Below are positions 36,650-50,223 of a stretch of DNA of 64,000 bases, one piece after another. How positions within the stretch are numbered: the first letter of the stretch is position 1; the number at the start of each line of letters is the position of its first letter. Source of the stretch: Hormiphora californensis (taxonomy: Eukaryota > Animalia > Ctenophora). The position numbers were made by a program, and so were the translations under genes. The DNA lies in the NCBI GenBank assembly GCA_020137815.1, contig CM035359.1, positions 5,828,001-5,892,000 of the forward strand, in the 5' to 3' direction. The notes under the pieces are model-generated. The model saw only the letters and a program-made list of their open reading frames with translations, made no database searches and was not told the origin of the DNA.

Positions 36650-39220
36650 ACCCAATGTACCAGGGACAAAAATTTTAAAAACATCGGGAAAAATCACAAT
36701 ACCCCAATTTTACGGGTAAAAATGGATGTTTAAAAACCCTTTTCACGGACCTTACTCCCGCCAAAACCCCTACCCCCCAATTTATTTTCAAGAAACTTTT
36801 TAAAAAATAAAACTTTTTTAAAAAAACCCCCAAAATAAAAACCCCCAAAACCCCCCCCTTAAAAATAAAAAAACCCCCCCCAATTAAGGGAAAAATTAAA
36901 AAAATAAGAAAAAAAAACCCCAAAAATTAAAAAATAAAAAAAAAAAGGGAAAACCCCAAAAAATTTTTAAAAAAAACCCCAAAAAATAAACCCCCAAAAA
37001 AAGGGAAACCCCCAAAAAATTAACCGGAAACCCCCCCAAAAATTAAGAAAAACCCCCAAAAAAAGGGGGGGGGAAACCCCCAAAAATAAGAAAAAAAAAA
37101 TTGGGGAAAAACCCCCCCCAAAATTTAAGAAACCCCAAAAAAAAAAAAAAAACCCCCAAAAATAAAAAAACCCAAAAAAAAAAAAAACCCCAAAAATTAA
37201 AAAACCCCCAAAAATTAAAAAACCCCCAAAAAATTAAAAAACCCCCAAAAAATAAAAAAAACCCCAAAAATAAGCCCCCCCAAAAATAAAAAAACCCCAA
37301 AAAATTTAAAAAAACCCCCCAAAAAATAAGAAACCAAAAAAAAAAACCCTAATTAGGAGGGGGGCCTAAAAAAGCCTTTTAAAATGGACTTTTTTGACCA
37401 CACAGCCCAATGAAAAACGGGGGCCAAAAAAGACTGTGGTAAAAAATTTTCAGCTCTAAGGGGAATTAAGGGTTTGACAGGTTTACGAAATGGGGCCGGA
37501 ATAAGAAAGTGAGAAGGGGGGGGGGAGACAAATGCAATAACTGCTTGGTGTAAAAAATCGGGGAACTTTTGGGCAAAACCCCCTTTTTCTTATCTTGTTT
37601 TAAGATGGGGGTGCCCCCCCCGAAAAAAAAGGAAAAAGGGAAAAGGGGCGGGAGAGAAAAGGAGACAAAAAAAGAAAAGGGGAAAAAGGAAAAAGGGCGA
37701 GAGAAAAAGTAAAAAGAGAAAAAGGGGAAAAAGAGAGAAGAGAGGAGAAAAAAAATGGAAAGGCCAGGGAAAAAAAAAAAGGGAAAAAAAGGGGAAAAAA
37801 GGGGGGGAAAGGGAAAAACCCGAAAAATTGGTTGAAAATTAGAAGAGAGGGGGTTAAAAAAAAAAAAAAGGGAAAAAGAGAAGAAAAAAAAGGAGAAGAG
37901 AAAAAGAGAGAGAGAGATAAAGAAGAGAGAAAAAAAAAGAGAGAAAAAAGAGAGGAAAAAAGAGAGAGACCAAAAGTAGAGAGAGAAGAAAAGAGAGAAA
38001 ACAGAGCAAGAGAGGAAAAAAAAAGAGAGAGAGAAGGAAAAAATGAGAGAGAGAAAGGAAAAGGGGAAGAAAAGAGAGGGGAAAAAAGAGAGGGGAAGAG
38101 AAGAGAGAGAGAGAGAGAGAGAGGAAGAGAGGAGAAGAGAGAGAGGAGAGAAAAAGAGAGAGAGGAGGGGAGGGGAGAGGAAAGAGAAGGAGAAGAGAGA
38201 ACGAGAGAAAAGCAACAAAGAGAAGAAAATTTTTTTTTTCCCCCCCCCAAAAAAATTTTTTTTTTTTAAAAAAAGGGGGGCCCCCAAAAAAATTTTTCCC
38301 CCCTCCCTTTTCCCTTTTCTTTGTTTCTCTCTCTCTCTTTTCTCTCCAAAACCACACGCAGACACCCATGATGTAAAAAAAGGTAAAGGGGAAACAAAAG
38401 GTAAAAAATAGGAAGAGGGGATTGGGAGGAGAAAAGCAGGGGCAACCCCCCATCTTGGAAAACAAGATAAAAAAAAAGGGTTTTCCTTTTGCATTTTCTG
38501 CAAAAAGGTTCGGGGGTGTTTGCAAAAAAGCGTTCATTGCAGGTTGTTTTGGGGAGGTTGAACCCCCCTTGTCTAGTTTTCTTATTCTGGCCCCCAATAT
38601 CTTAACGTCAACCGTTAAAAGCTAAAATTTTTGCCACACCTTCGAATAGTTAAAAAAAAAATTTTCCCTATTTTAAAAATTCCCTTTTATTTTCCCGGGG
38701 GTTTTTGGTCGGGTGGGGTAAAAAAGACCGTTTTGGGGTTTTTCTTTTTGGGGCCCCTTTTTGGGGGGGTTTTTATTTTTTCGAGGTTTCTTTTTCGATT
38801 TTCTTTTTTTTGGAGTTTCTTATTTTTCGGGGGTTTCTTAATTTTGGGGTTTTATTTTGGGGTTTTTTTAAATTTTTGGGGGTTTTTTAATTTTGGGGTT
38901 TCTTTTTTTTTGGGGTTTTTTTGGGGTTCTTAATTTTGGAAAAGTTACTTTTTTTTTTGGGGGGGCTTTCCCTTAAATTTTGGGGCGGTGGGTTTTTTTG
39001 ATTTCTTTTTGGGGGGGTTTTATTTTTGGGGTTTTTCTTATTTTTGGGGTTTTTTTTTGCTTTTGTTTTGGGGGGGTTTTTTTAGTTGGGGCGGGGGGTT
39101 TTTCTTTTTTTGGGTTTGTTTTTTGGTTTTCCCCCAAAAAATTTCCGTTTTAAAAAAAAATTTTTTCCCAAAAAGGTTTTCTTAATTAGCGAGAGAAAGG
39201 TATTTGTACCCAGGACCCAA
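36650..39220. repeat. Inverted pair of ~18-bp tandem arrays (AAACCCCAAAAATTAAG-like and its complement); possible foldback element in low-quality sequence
   Basis: An A/C-rich array at ~36780-37340 is mirrored by a T/G-rich array at ~38730-39180. Confidence 0.45.
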
Positions 39221-42200
39221 AAAACAAAAACCTTAAATTTTTAGAAAAAATTCCCAACGAGCCCGGAAAACTTTCCCACAGACACACTGGACAGAATTTT
39301 TGTTAAAATTAAAATTGCCCTTTGCACGTGTTCGGGAACACGAACAAATCGGGATAATCTGTACAACTTTTTGGGTGACAATCGATGGGTTTTTAATAGG
39401 GCCCATATAAAAGTAATGGGACTCTTAGACCTCGGTACCAGATGTAGGACCCTCTCTTTTAATTAAATTTAAGGGGGGGTTTCCTAAATATTTTTAAAAC
39501 AAAATCCCAAAAAAATTTTTGATTTTTTTAAGAAGCAAAGCATGGTTTTGATCTATTTTTTTGTTTAAGTGATTTTTTGGAAAATGTTAATTGTAACTAT
39601 TATTTATTTTTTCATGAACTACCCATTTCTCTTTTCGGGGGGGTTTTGAAAAAAATTTTTAAACCGGACCCCCGCATCTTTTTCAGTTTTGGGAAGGCTG
39701 TGATTTTTGGGGTTGTATGAAGCCTTAAAGGGTTTGGGACACTTTAATGCATTTAGGGGAAGGGGAAATTTCGGGTGGTTCCCAAGGTCCCCATTCCCCA
39801 AATCCATGGTCTGGGGGTTCCTTTGTCCCAACAAATCCAAACCCGGGGGGTCTTTCCCCCCTCGGCACGAAAAAATGAAAAAATTTGCTTTATTGGTTTT
39901 TTCCTTCATTAAAATCGATAAAACCAAACCCAAAAAAGGGGCCCCGTGGGATTAAAAGCCCCGGGGGGCCCTTTTGGTTGCCACTTGCCGCAGGGGAAAA
40001 AGTTTCAAAAAAAGTTTAAAAAAACTTTGGGGAAAACGTTGAAAGCGCGGGATGGGGACCCTTAAAAAAAAGTTCAGTATTACACAGAGTTTACAACTTT
40101 ACTCAGTCGTTTTGGGGAAAAGTTTCTGGCCCCGAAAAGGGGCCAGTAGTTCCCGCGACCCCTTTCCGAAAGCCCCCTTTCCCCGAGCCCATTACTGAAA
40201 GGCCGCGCCAGGATTAATTTTACCATTTTAAACCCATCCCGGCGCTAAAAAAGCATGTTTGTGGAAAATGAGACAGAGTCCCATTTTTTTGCCCAATCAT
40301 AATTAGGCGAGCGATCCCTAAACCTGTATCTTGGGCCTGGGAACAAAGACGAGGGGCGGTTTTTAAAACCCAAAACCCTGCCCGGGGGAAAAAAATTGAT
40401 ACCCAAAAGGTTTTTGTGGTCAAAACAACAAAAAAAAAACAAAAAAAAACCTGGGGTGTTTAAATTTTTAAAAAAATATTTTTATCCGGACGGGGCCCCC
40501 CCAAGGGGGAAAGTTCCCCCCTAAAAACAAACCCCCACCCCTTTTTTTTTTGGCCCAAAAAAGATATTTTTAAAAAAATAAAGGGGTTTTCACAAATATC
40601 ACCAAAAAATAGTCATTATTCAGCAGATCAACCTATTTTTCATCTATTTATTTTACGACCCAAACCCCCTTTTTACCGAAACGAATGGGCAATTTAAATT
40701 TCAATCTTTTCCCAGGTTCGGGGCGTAAACCCAAACATTTAAATGGGAAACCGGGGGCCCGGGATGGGGAGAAAAAGGGTGGAGAATAGCAAAAACCCCA
40801 AACTACTGTGGAAAACCCGATTCCCGGGACAAACAGAAAACCTCGGCAGAGAAAAGGGGGGGAGGGTTGGGAGATAAAACCCGGGGGGTTTTGGGGGAGA
40901 AGCCCGGGTGGGGGGTGGGGTTATGGAGAGGGGAAAACAAAGGGGGGGTTCCCGGGAGAAAAAGACAGGGTTTAAGGGGGTTTTTGGGGGGAGAAAGGGA
41001 AAAGGGGCTGGGTGGGGGGGGGGAAAAGAATACAGGGGGGGGGGGGGGGTTCGGGGGGAGAAAACAGGGTGGGGTGGTTTGGGAGGGGAAGACAGGGTTG
41101 GGGGGTTTTGGGGGAGAAGAAAAAGGGGGGGTTTTGGGAGAGATGACAGGGGGGGTTTTTGGGGGAGAAGACCGGGTGCTTTTGGGGGGGGTTTTTTGGG
41201 GAGAAAAAAGGGGGGGGGGTTTTGGTTTTTGAAGACGGGTGGGTTTTGGGGGGAGAAGACAGGGTGAGGTTTTGGGGGGGAGAAGCAAAAAAAACCCCCG
41301 GGTGGAGGTTTGGGGGGAAAAGAAAAAAGGGTGGCGTTTGGGAAAAGAGGGAAAGAGTAGTCGTTTTGGGAGAGAAGACCCCCAGCGATGGGTTTTTGGG
41401 GGGATAAGACAGGGTGTGGGTTTAGGTTGGGGGGAGAGTTTAAATGGGGAGGTTTGGGGAGAAGAAAAAGGTGCCGTTTTGGGGGAAAGGGGAAGACAGG
41501 GAATATATGTGTTTAATTTCGACTTAGAACAAAAAATGTTTGAGGAAAGGAAAAGGGAAAGGGGGGAGGGGGGAGAAGAAGGGGGAGATAAAGAGGGGGA
41601 AGAAGGGGGAGGGGGGGGAAAGGCGGAGGCCCGGGTGGGGGGAAGGTAACCAGGGAAAAGGAGAATGGAAAAAAGGGGGAAAGGGGGAAAAAAGGAAAGG
41701 GAAAAAAAAGGGGCCAGGAGGAGAAAAGGGGGAAAAGAAAAAAGGGGGAAAACCGGGGAAGTTAAAGGGAAAAGGATGAAAGGGGGCAAATGAAAAAAAA
41801 GAAGGGGGGAGATGAGGGGGGGTTGGATGAAGGGGGGGGATCATAGTTCAAGTGCAAAATTTTGCATTTCACCCCCCGGGTTTAAAGGGCCGGGGCTGCA
41901 GTTTGGTTTTGGTTTTGGGTTTGCGGGGGAAAAAAGGCCCCCCCGGGAAAAAGGGGGGAAAGAAAAACAACCCACCCAAAAAAAAAAAAAAAAAAAAAAC
42001 CAAAAAAAAAAGAGAAGAAAAAGGGAAAAAGGAACCGAGAAAAAGAGAGAGGAGGAAGAGAGGGAGAAAAGGGAAAGGGGGAAGAGGGAGAGAGAGAAGA
42101 CGAGAGGGAAAAAGAAAAGAGAGAGAGGAAAAGAGGCGAGAGAGAGGGGAAGAGGGAGGGGGAAGAGGAAAAGGGAGGAAAAGAGAGAGGAGAGAGGAGG

Positions 42201-44114
42201 AGGGCGAAAAGAGGGGAGGGGGAGGGGAGCGAGAAAGGGGGGAGGGGAGGGGAAAAGGCGCGGGGGCCGAAAGCCCCGGGGGTCCGGTGGGCCGAGAGAC
42301 GGGGGCGGGCGAGGGGGTTTTTTTTAAATTTTTCCCCCCTAGCGGCCTCTCTTCCCCTCTCCTTTTCTATTCCCTCTCTTTTTCTCGCTCTCCTCCTCCT
42401 CTCTATTCTCTAATTTTCTCTCTCTCTCTCTCTTCTCTTCCCCTTTTCCCCGCCGCTTTTTTCTTTTCCCCTCCTCCCCTCTCGCCCACTTCCTAGAGGA
42501 AGAAAAAGGTAGATCGAGCCCGAGGGGAGGAAAAAGGGGGGGGGGGGAAGGACGAGGGGATAGGGGGGGAAAGGGTGAATGGTGGGAAAGAAAAAAAGGG
42601 AAAAAGTAGGAGAGGGACGAAGGGGGGGAAAAGGAGGCGAGGATTAAAAAGGGGGGAAAGAAAGGGGGAGATGGGGGGGAATGAAAGGGAAATGGGAAAG
42701 GGGGTTTTAGGGAAGGAGGGCGAAGGGGCGAAGGGGGGGGGGGTTTTAAAATGGTAGGATAAAAGGGGGGGAAAGAAAGGAACGGATGGGAGGGAGATGA
42801 AGGGGGGAAAGAAAAAGGTAGGGAAGAAAGGGGGCTGAGAAGGGAAAAAAAGGGGAGAGGGGGGGATTGAGGGGAGGGAATAAAGGCCAAGGGGGGGGGA
42901 AAAGAAGTAGAGGATGGACGGAAAGGGGGGGGATAAAGTAAGGGAGATTATGTGGGGGTGGGGGGGGGCGGGGGTTGTAGTTAGAAGGGGAAAAATTTTA
43001 GGAAAAAGGCGACTTACTGGAAAAAGAAGCAGGGTATGGAGCGGAGATGGGGTTCCAGAAGAGAAACAACCCCCACCCAGGGGTGCCCCGGGTTGGGCTT
43101 TACTCAGTAATTTAGTAATAGGGGCCAAATGATGAATTTGGTCAAATGGAAAAAATTTTTTTTAGATTTATAAAAAGGGAACCACCGCCCCTTCCGAGTA
43201 TCAAAAATTTAGCCGTTCTATCGGAATCCCGGGGGGGGTAAAGAAGGGTTTAGCCCAAATTTAGGAGGCCTTTAATTTATACTTTAAATTTACCGATCTT
43301 AAACAGGGGGGGTCAGAGGGGGGGGTCTGCCCCCTTTTGACTCCCAGGAAGATGAAAGGGGGGAAGATGAAGGGGGGGAAAAAGTAAGGACAAAATTGGA
43401 GGAGAGGATCAAGAGGAGTAGAGATAGAGGGGTATAATGAAGGAGGAAAGACCGTCCCTCTCTTTCTCTTGTTTGTGTGGGTAGATTATGAGGGTGGGGA
43501 GCCGGGAGGTTGTATGGCAAGTGGGGAGGATGTTTTGGAATCTCACTTACTTTAGCGAAAAGAGGCAGATTGATACGGAATGGAGATGGTTCAGATAGAG
43601 AGAGCCCTCACCGAGAGTTCCCCAGGGCTTATTCTTCATTTATTTCAGTAATCAGTAATAGTGAATAGTATCTACATGATCAATGAAGCATCACCGGGAG
43701 TTGCTTTTAGATTGATGAATACACCATCAATTTACAGTGTCACATTTCAGCCGTTCTATCTGATTCCTGGGGGAGAAGGGTTTTTTAAAACAATAGAGAC
43801 TTTGGACTCATCGCGATAGCCGGAGGTCTATCTCAGTGGTCATCTTAATCAATGAACGATTTAACTTGTAACTATCCAATTCACTACGATCCATCAGATG
43901 GACATTCTTATGTATAAGCAGTGGAACCGTGAACCGTCACGACATCCCTTGCAGTTGCACCTCTGGGGACATCTTCCAAAGACGTCCCACCGCAAGAGAC
44001 GAAATATACTGCCGGAAAAGCGACTCAGTGACAACTCTGACACACTTTATTGGCGTAGCATGACCTCCCGGTTGGTGCATCTGTCCTAAAACTCACCGTA
44101 GAACTTGATTAAGC

Positions 44115-46520
44115 TAATAATAATAATAATAATAATAGTAACAGTTTATATCCCGCTCTGACACAGTTTGTAATATGCAAATGGTCCGTCTTTCCGAAAA
44201 AACAGTGACTGCAACCAGATGCCTGCTCCTAGAGCGGTCCTTATCTTCGGCGTATATGGTGAGATTAGGAGGTGATTTTCTTATGGGTGATTGATCAGGC
44301 ATGGACGTGAATATCGGCAACACGTTTTCTGAGGAGGTATATTCCTCGGGAGGGTTATTTGCTCCCAAGGTTGACGGCTAGTGTCTCAAGCCTAGATTGG
44401 GTACTACTCACAGTGGAAAGGACAACAGCACTGACAGTGAAAGGAAAAAACCGATGGGTAGTAGATCGACAGTAAAACAGCAGACCAACAGACAGGACTA
44501 AGGACAAGACTAAGGACAAAACTATGAATCAGAATAATTAGTGGAACTTACAGACGCCCAGAATCATAGGTTGAGACACCACCAAGGAGGAGGGGGGGGG
44601 GGTAGGTAGGGATTTTTTTTTTGTTTTTTGTTTTTTTTTTTTTGTTGTTTTTTTTTTTTTTTTTTGGTTTTTTTTTTTTTTGTTTTTTTTTTGTTTTTTT
44701 TTGTTTTTTTGTTGTTTTTTTGTTTTTTTTTAATTTTTTTTTGTTGTTTTTTTTTTTGCTTTTTTTTTTTTGCTTTTTTTTCTTTTCTTTCTTCTTTTAT
44801 CAATAAATTAGGTCATCAATAAATTATCTCTACAATTCGTCTACAAAGAAACAGCCCTGGGTACGCCCAAAAAAATTAAAACTCATATAAAAATAGAAAC
44901 TTCCATCCCGTAACAAATATATAAAAACCACTTAGATCACACTTATAAAAAGACACACATACACACATATACTGGAAACAAATGAGTCTGAAAACAGCCC
45001 GGGGTTTTGAAAAAAACTCATCACAAAAAAGAGGCAGGCAGGCAAGCATTAACAAATAAATATAAAACGCTTTAGAACACACTAGAGAAAAAGCACTCGA
45101 ACACTTGGAGAAAACGCTCTAAGACCTCAGTACTCAAAAAACACTGGAAACACTTGACTTAGAAACACACTCAGAAATACACAAAAAAACACACAATTGT
45201 CTGATGAGTCTCTTTTGGATTTTGATAACCGATTTTTTAGAGGTCATATGACTCTTTGAAGAAATGAGTTTTTAGGCTGGATCGGAAGGCCGAGGTGGAG
45301 GATGTTTCACGGAGGGAGCGGGGAGAGGAGAGAGTTCCATTATGGCTGGAGCAGCGACACTAAAGGCTCCGCTTGAAGATTTGTACCTTGTGTGCCGTTT
45401 TTTCGAGGATAGTAGCATCATGGTCTGCCCGGAGTGATTTCGGCTTTTTTCTGCCTTATCTGGAAGTAGTGAAGCCGTAGATTTGGGAGCACGGTCATTA
45501 ATGATCTTGTGTGTCATCAGGCAGAGTTTGAAGTTGACACGCTGCTCAATGGGTAGGAAATGGAGCCTTTGGCGAAGTGCAGTTGTACCTCGGTATGTGT
45601 GTTTGGAGAAAAACGAATCTTACCGCAGAGTTCTGGACTTTTTGTAACCGGCTGAGGTCTTTTGCAGAGAGACCTTTTAGGAGTCCGTTGCAATAGTCAA
45701 GATGAGAATGGATGAGAGTATTTACTAGCTGGGTCTTCAGCTTCCGTGACAGTTTGGATCCTATCTTCCAAAGATTTAGCAAGGCAACATTGCAGGAGCG
45801 GACAACTTTGGATACGTGAGCAGAGAAGGTTAGTTCGGGATCCAACATCACTCCGAGGTTCCTTACACTTGTTGTGGGTACAGTGGGTTGTTCGTTTTCA
45901 AGGGTTTGGATAGAAGTTGGATTTGGCAGCTTGTCATTTCTGTTTCTCAGGAACATTACTTCTGTCTTCGAGGGATTCAGACAGAGGAAGTTCTGTGACA
46001 TCCACGTTTTAATATGGTACAGACATGCTTGTAGGGTTTTCTCAAGGTTGGCTAGGTTATCGTTCGAGAAGGCCGCATAGAGCTGCATGTCGTCGGCATA
46101 CAATTCGATCTCGAGGCCATGATGTCTTGCAATAGCTTCGAGTTCCTTGGTATAGAGGATGAAAAGTAGCGGTCCTAGTATGGAGCCCTGTGGGACTCCT
46201 ATTTCGATGGTCAGCGAGGTAGATGTTACGTTGCCAATCTTGGTTTTTGTCTTCCGTCCGGTAAGGTAGCTTTTGAACCAAGTTAGTGCCATTCCAGTGA
46301 CTCCATAATGGTGTTCAAGCTTGTTTAGAAGTGTGGGATGGTGAATGGTATCAAAAGCGGCGCTTAGGTCCAGCAATACTAAGACCGCTTTCGATTTCTT
46401 GTCCGTTATGAGAAGGAGATCGTTAACAACCTTGAGAAGTGCAGTTTCGGTGCTGTGGTTTGGCCTATAAGCCGATTGGGCATCTGGTAGCAGGTTGTTA
46501 TCTTCAAGATGTTTCGACAA
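44115..46520 (-). mobile_element. 5'-truncated L2/CR1-group LINE with long 3' UTR and (TAT)n tail
   Basis: RT ORF at 45546-46520; the minus-strand 3' end reads GAGCGGGATATAAACTGTTAC(TAT)n at 44115-44160. Confidence 0.85.
45546..46520 (-). CDS. Non-LTR reverse transcriptase (C-terminal part)
   Basis: QSAYRPNHSTETAL, LDLSAAFDT, GVPQGSILGPLLF, YADD, RNLGV, LDYCN motifs. Confidence 0.97.
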   Translation of the reverse strand: MSKHLEDNNLLPDAQSAYRPNHSTETALLKVVNDLLLITDKKSKAVLVLLDLSAAFDTIHHPTLLNKLEHHYGVTGMALTWFKSYLTGRKTKTKIGNVTSTSLTIEIGVPQGSILGPLLFILYTKELEAIARHHGLEIELYADDMQLYAAFSNDNLANLEKTLQACLYHIKTWMSQNFLCLNPSKTEVMFLRNRNDKLPNPTSIQTLENEQPTVPTTSVRNLGVMLDPELTFSAHVSKVVRSCNVALLNLWKIGSKLSRKLKTQLVNTLIHSHLDYCNGLLKGLSAKDLSRLQKVQNSAVRFVFLQTHIPRYNCTSPKAPFPTH

Positions 46521-47012
46521 TAAATATTAACGGATTGGAGCATATCCTTATTAGGTAAGGCAATTTATAGGTCTTTGTCCTCATGAAGTACATAACACGG
46601 AAGGAAGTAAGTACTCTATTCAAATCAACTCAATACTCATAACAATTTTCTTTGGGTTTTCCCTAACTGAGAGTCGGCCATATTGGATTTGAGTCGAACC
46701 AGTGGAAATCGAATGATATTTTTTCCAGAATCATTTGAAATTGGTGCGCGGCTCACTTTAACACATGCGCGTTAGCAATATTAAATAGTGTGCGCGGCTC
46801 TACATTTGCGCGTGCAAAAGTGATCGATTTCCAAAATTGAAAAGAGAGTCATCAAATTCATGTCAAATGCTACCAATTCCCAAAATTTGGTGATTGGAGG
46901 ACCTCCGGAACATGGTCAAAATGACTTGGGACAGGATCCTGTACATGCGCGGTGTTCCCTCCTTATCCCTGTTCTGCGCCACGCGCAGCGCGGGATAAGG
47001 CAGCGCTTTTCA

Positions 47013-47208
47013 ACTCAGTCGTTACACCCAGAGCGGCGCGTGCTGCGCACAGTGGCTTTTTCCAAGAAAATATTGGATTGTGTGCTGCACAATTGACAAA
47101 ATTGAGCGCTGCGGCGAAAAAAGTTTCCGAAAACGCTGCAAATCGAGTGCGAAAGACGCAGTCGTTACACCCAGAGCGGCGCGGGCGCTCTGGGTGTAAC
47201 GACTGAGT
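47013..47208. mobile_element. ~195-bp GC-rich MITE-like element
   Basis: TIR ACTCAGTCGTTACACCCAGAGCG / CGCTCTGGGTGTAACGACTGAGT, with an extra internal direct copy at ~47159-47183. Confidence 0.6.
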
Positions 47209-48896
47209 AAAGACTGTGTAAACGCTGTGTAAATACTGAACTTTTTTAGGGATCCCTATAAGGCAGCGCTTTTCAAAAAAAAACTGGGCTGGAAAAACTT
47301 TTTATTTTGACCACTAAATTTTATAAAAAATCACGCGCGCGTATCAATTCTTTTTCTAAAGCGCCGCGCAAAGTAAGATATGCAATACCCGCGCTCTCCG
47401 TGATTTATAATCGCACGATGCCAGGGTGGCGGGTGCCCTGAATCCTGATAATATGAACGATCTCTCATTATCATAACTATAAGGCTCAGATCCGAAAGAA
47501 TAAACGTGCGGTGATTCCTTTTATTCATTTAGTTTTCCAAGTTCACCAAAATAACATACAGCACAAGAAAAACCCGTCCACAGAAGTATAACTACAAATC
47601 AAACCATGTCGTACAGTAATAACCACGGCCACTAATATAATAATAATACTGAGAGTGTGAATCTGAGGGACCATAACCATATATGGCCATACTAATTACT
47701 ACATAATAAGAAACACACAGAATAATAATACCCATAAAATCAGAAGAAAAAACGTAACCTGTAGATCTGAATAACTGTTTTAATAACCTAACATCTAAAT
47801 TAAAATATCTAGGGGACTGGTGGCAATAATAAAATGTATAGAACATCTGATCCTAATTCAATCAGTATCACATTTGTAGTTTGGTGTGATTATGTAGTCA
47901 TAAAGGGTACTTTAATTGACATTCCCGGACAAATATGATTCCATGTCTTACACAAAACACATAATAATAGTCTCTCTCTGACTCTCTGAAATACCCACTT
48001 CCAGTTCCAAATCCAACTCCCAATGTCCTAATTAGTCCCACGATCTGCAGAAAGTTGATCAATACATCAGTCTTGTAGTTGTTCACTTGTTGAGAAGACT
48101 CAACAAGATCAGTCGCTGTGTGCACGTATACTCCGTATCAACTCCTTTCTCACTCTGAGACGTTAGGAATAATGTTAGAATTTTAATAAAAAGGGGAACA
48201 GTGATAATTACAAAGTGCTGTGACGCAAACACAAAATTAGCACATGTATAAATCTATTTTGTCAATTGTCGCCTGAATTTTGGCACGAGTAACAATTTGG
48301 GTGGAGAGATACTAGAAACGTGAGGTTTTGGGTGATAATTTAAAACTTTAAAAATAACTTTCAAGTGAAAATAACTCAAATTTGACCTGTACAGTTAAAT
48401 AGTGTTTAAATTTGAAATTTAACTGTGACTGTGAAATTAGCTTCTCGCAAATTATACCGACATCAATATGTGTCTGAACATTATTGATGGTCCTTGTCTG
48501 AACATGTAGATCAAGAACGTTTAAAATGTCTTTACATGCGAACTGCAGCACAGCATGTATGTTATGTGAGGTGTACGGCTCCCATCTCATGAATATATTG
48601 TTATGTGATGCGTCAAATCATTTGCTAGTGCTATCGTTTGATATGAAATGCATTGTTATTTGTCTTATAAACTGGGAGATTTGCAATCGAAATAATTTAG
48701 TATTTTTAATTTACAATTTAATGAACGAAACCTGTTTAAACACGAGCCATAGTTAAGCAAATGTACAAAAACGTTCGGGCTACTAGGTCAGTACAGCAGC
48801 GCCCAGCGATTGCATTGTTCGACCCTCTCCGCGCACCAAGGGGTAGCTTAGAACAACCCAGCGGTCAGAGTTATAAATAGCACAAAATGCTGTATA

Positions 48897-48963
48897 CAGT
48901 CGAACCCCGATTTACCGGGATGCTCGGGTGAAAGGGGTTTCCCAGTAAATCGGGGTCCGACTG
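48897..48963. mobile_element. 67-bp MITE, family A, opposite orientation to the 10402 copy
   Basis: TA|CAGTCGAACCCCGATTTACCGGG..GTAAATCGGGGTCCGACTG|TA. Confidence 0.85.
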
Positions 48964-50223
48964 TATATAGAAACAGAAATATTAAATTAAAATGTCTCAG
49001 AGTTTTATATTGTTAAGCACGTTTTCCGATTATTGAGTAGGAGATATTTTCTTTCGCATCTGATCCACGATTTAGTTGTAGGTACTCCGTACTGAAATAA
49101 TGAGCCATGGGGTCAGCAGGGAGCCATGTGAGGTGGAAAAGGGGTCAGCAGGCGGATTGGGCCCAGGGCCATGGGTCAGCAGGCAGAGTGGGACTGGGGG
49201 AGAGAGACTGTTTGGAGAGGTCAGCGTATAATGGGCGATAAAAGACAGCGCTTCAAGAATCAATAGCTTGCTGGGCCAGAGTGTTGCTACACAGGCAGAA
49301 GAAGGATAGATGCAAGGAAATGCTATAAAAGCTGAAAAGATCAAATAGTTGCATAAAAAGAGAGCATGCAGCAGATAATATGCAAAAGATTGTATAATTA
49401 TTAGGATTGTATAATTATTACAATGACGTATTTAATGCGTATATTATGTAGAACAACAGCGCTGCAGATTAATATACTCAATTAAGTTGTGAGATTATAA
49501 CGGATAGCGATTGCAATACGTCATGCATCACAATTAAACTGATAAAGTAAATAAAGTTGTAACTTTGAGTTTGACTGAGATTACGAGAATTACAAGAAGG
49601 TACATTGTCATTAGAACGGATACATTAATTAGTAATTTATTACTTGATCACATGATAATGTATTCGCATAATCATTTTACAAACACACACATGACATGTT
49701 TGGTACCCTGATATTTGGTCGGTTTATAAGTGTATCTTACAAGGGATGATAAGAGCTGCATAGAGAGAAAACACGTGTTATGACCCGTGAAAAGATCCCA
49801 TAAAATGGAAAGTTTGATCAATAAACAGAGTCGCCCCATGCACGCATTGATGACTTTAAAATGGAAAAATATGCTCCAATAAAAACGTGCTAAACCCAGC
49901 ACTATATTAATTACAATCCCCACCCTACTTACATTCTCGCTCGAGTCGTCCTTATTTCCTTGGCCATTAGTCGTAACAAACACTGAGAGATAATATATGC
50001 ATGTCAGCTGTAACATACCAAACCATCATTATACACGCATTAGACCTTAGTTATTACACTTACTAGATAATTACACTGTTTTTACCTGCTGTTTGATCCT
50101 ATAAACTCTCTTTAGTTAACGATGTCACTCTTTAGTATAATTCTATTAGAATTTCTAATTCTACCGATAACCGAGCCTATAATTTTGTATAAACCAATCT
50201 AGTTCACCCACTCCCAGACTTAC

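Noticed and set aside
36600-43500. Many long Phe/Pro/Gly/Lys-rich ORFs and G-quadruplex-like tracts
   Set aside because: Homopolymer-inflated low-quality sequence; 43200-43260 is visibly a degraded copy of 43745-43800. The same problem affects 8900-9700 and 54530-55400.
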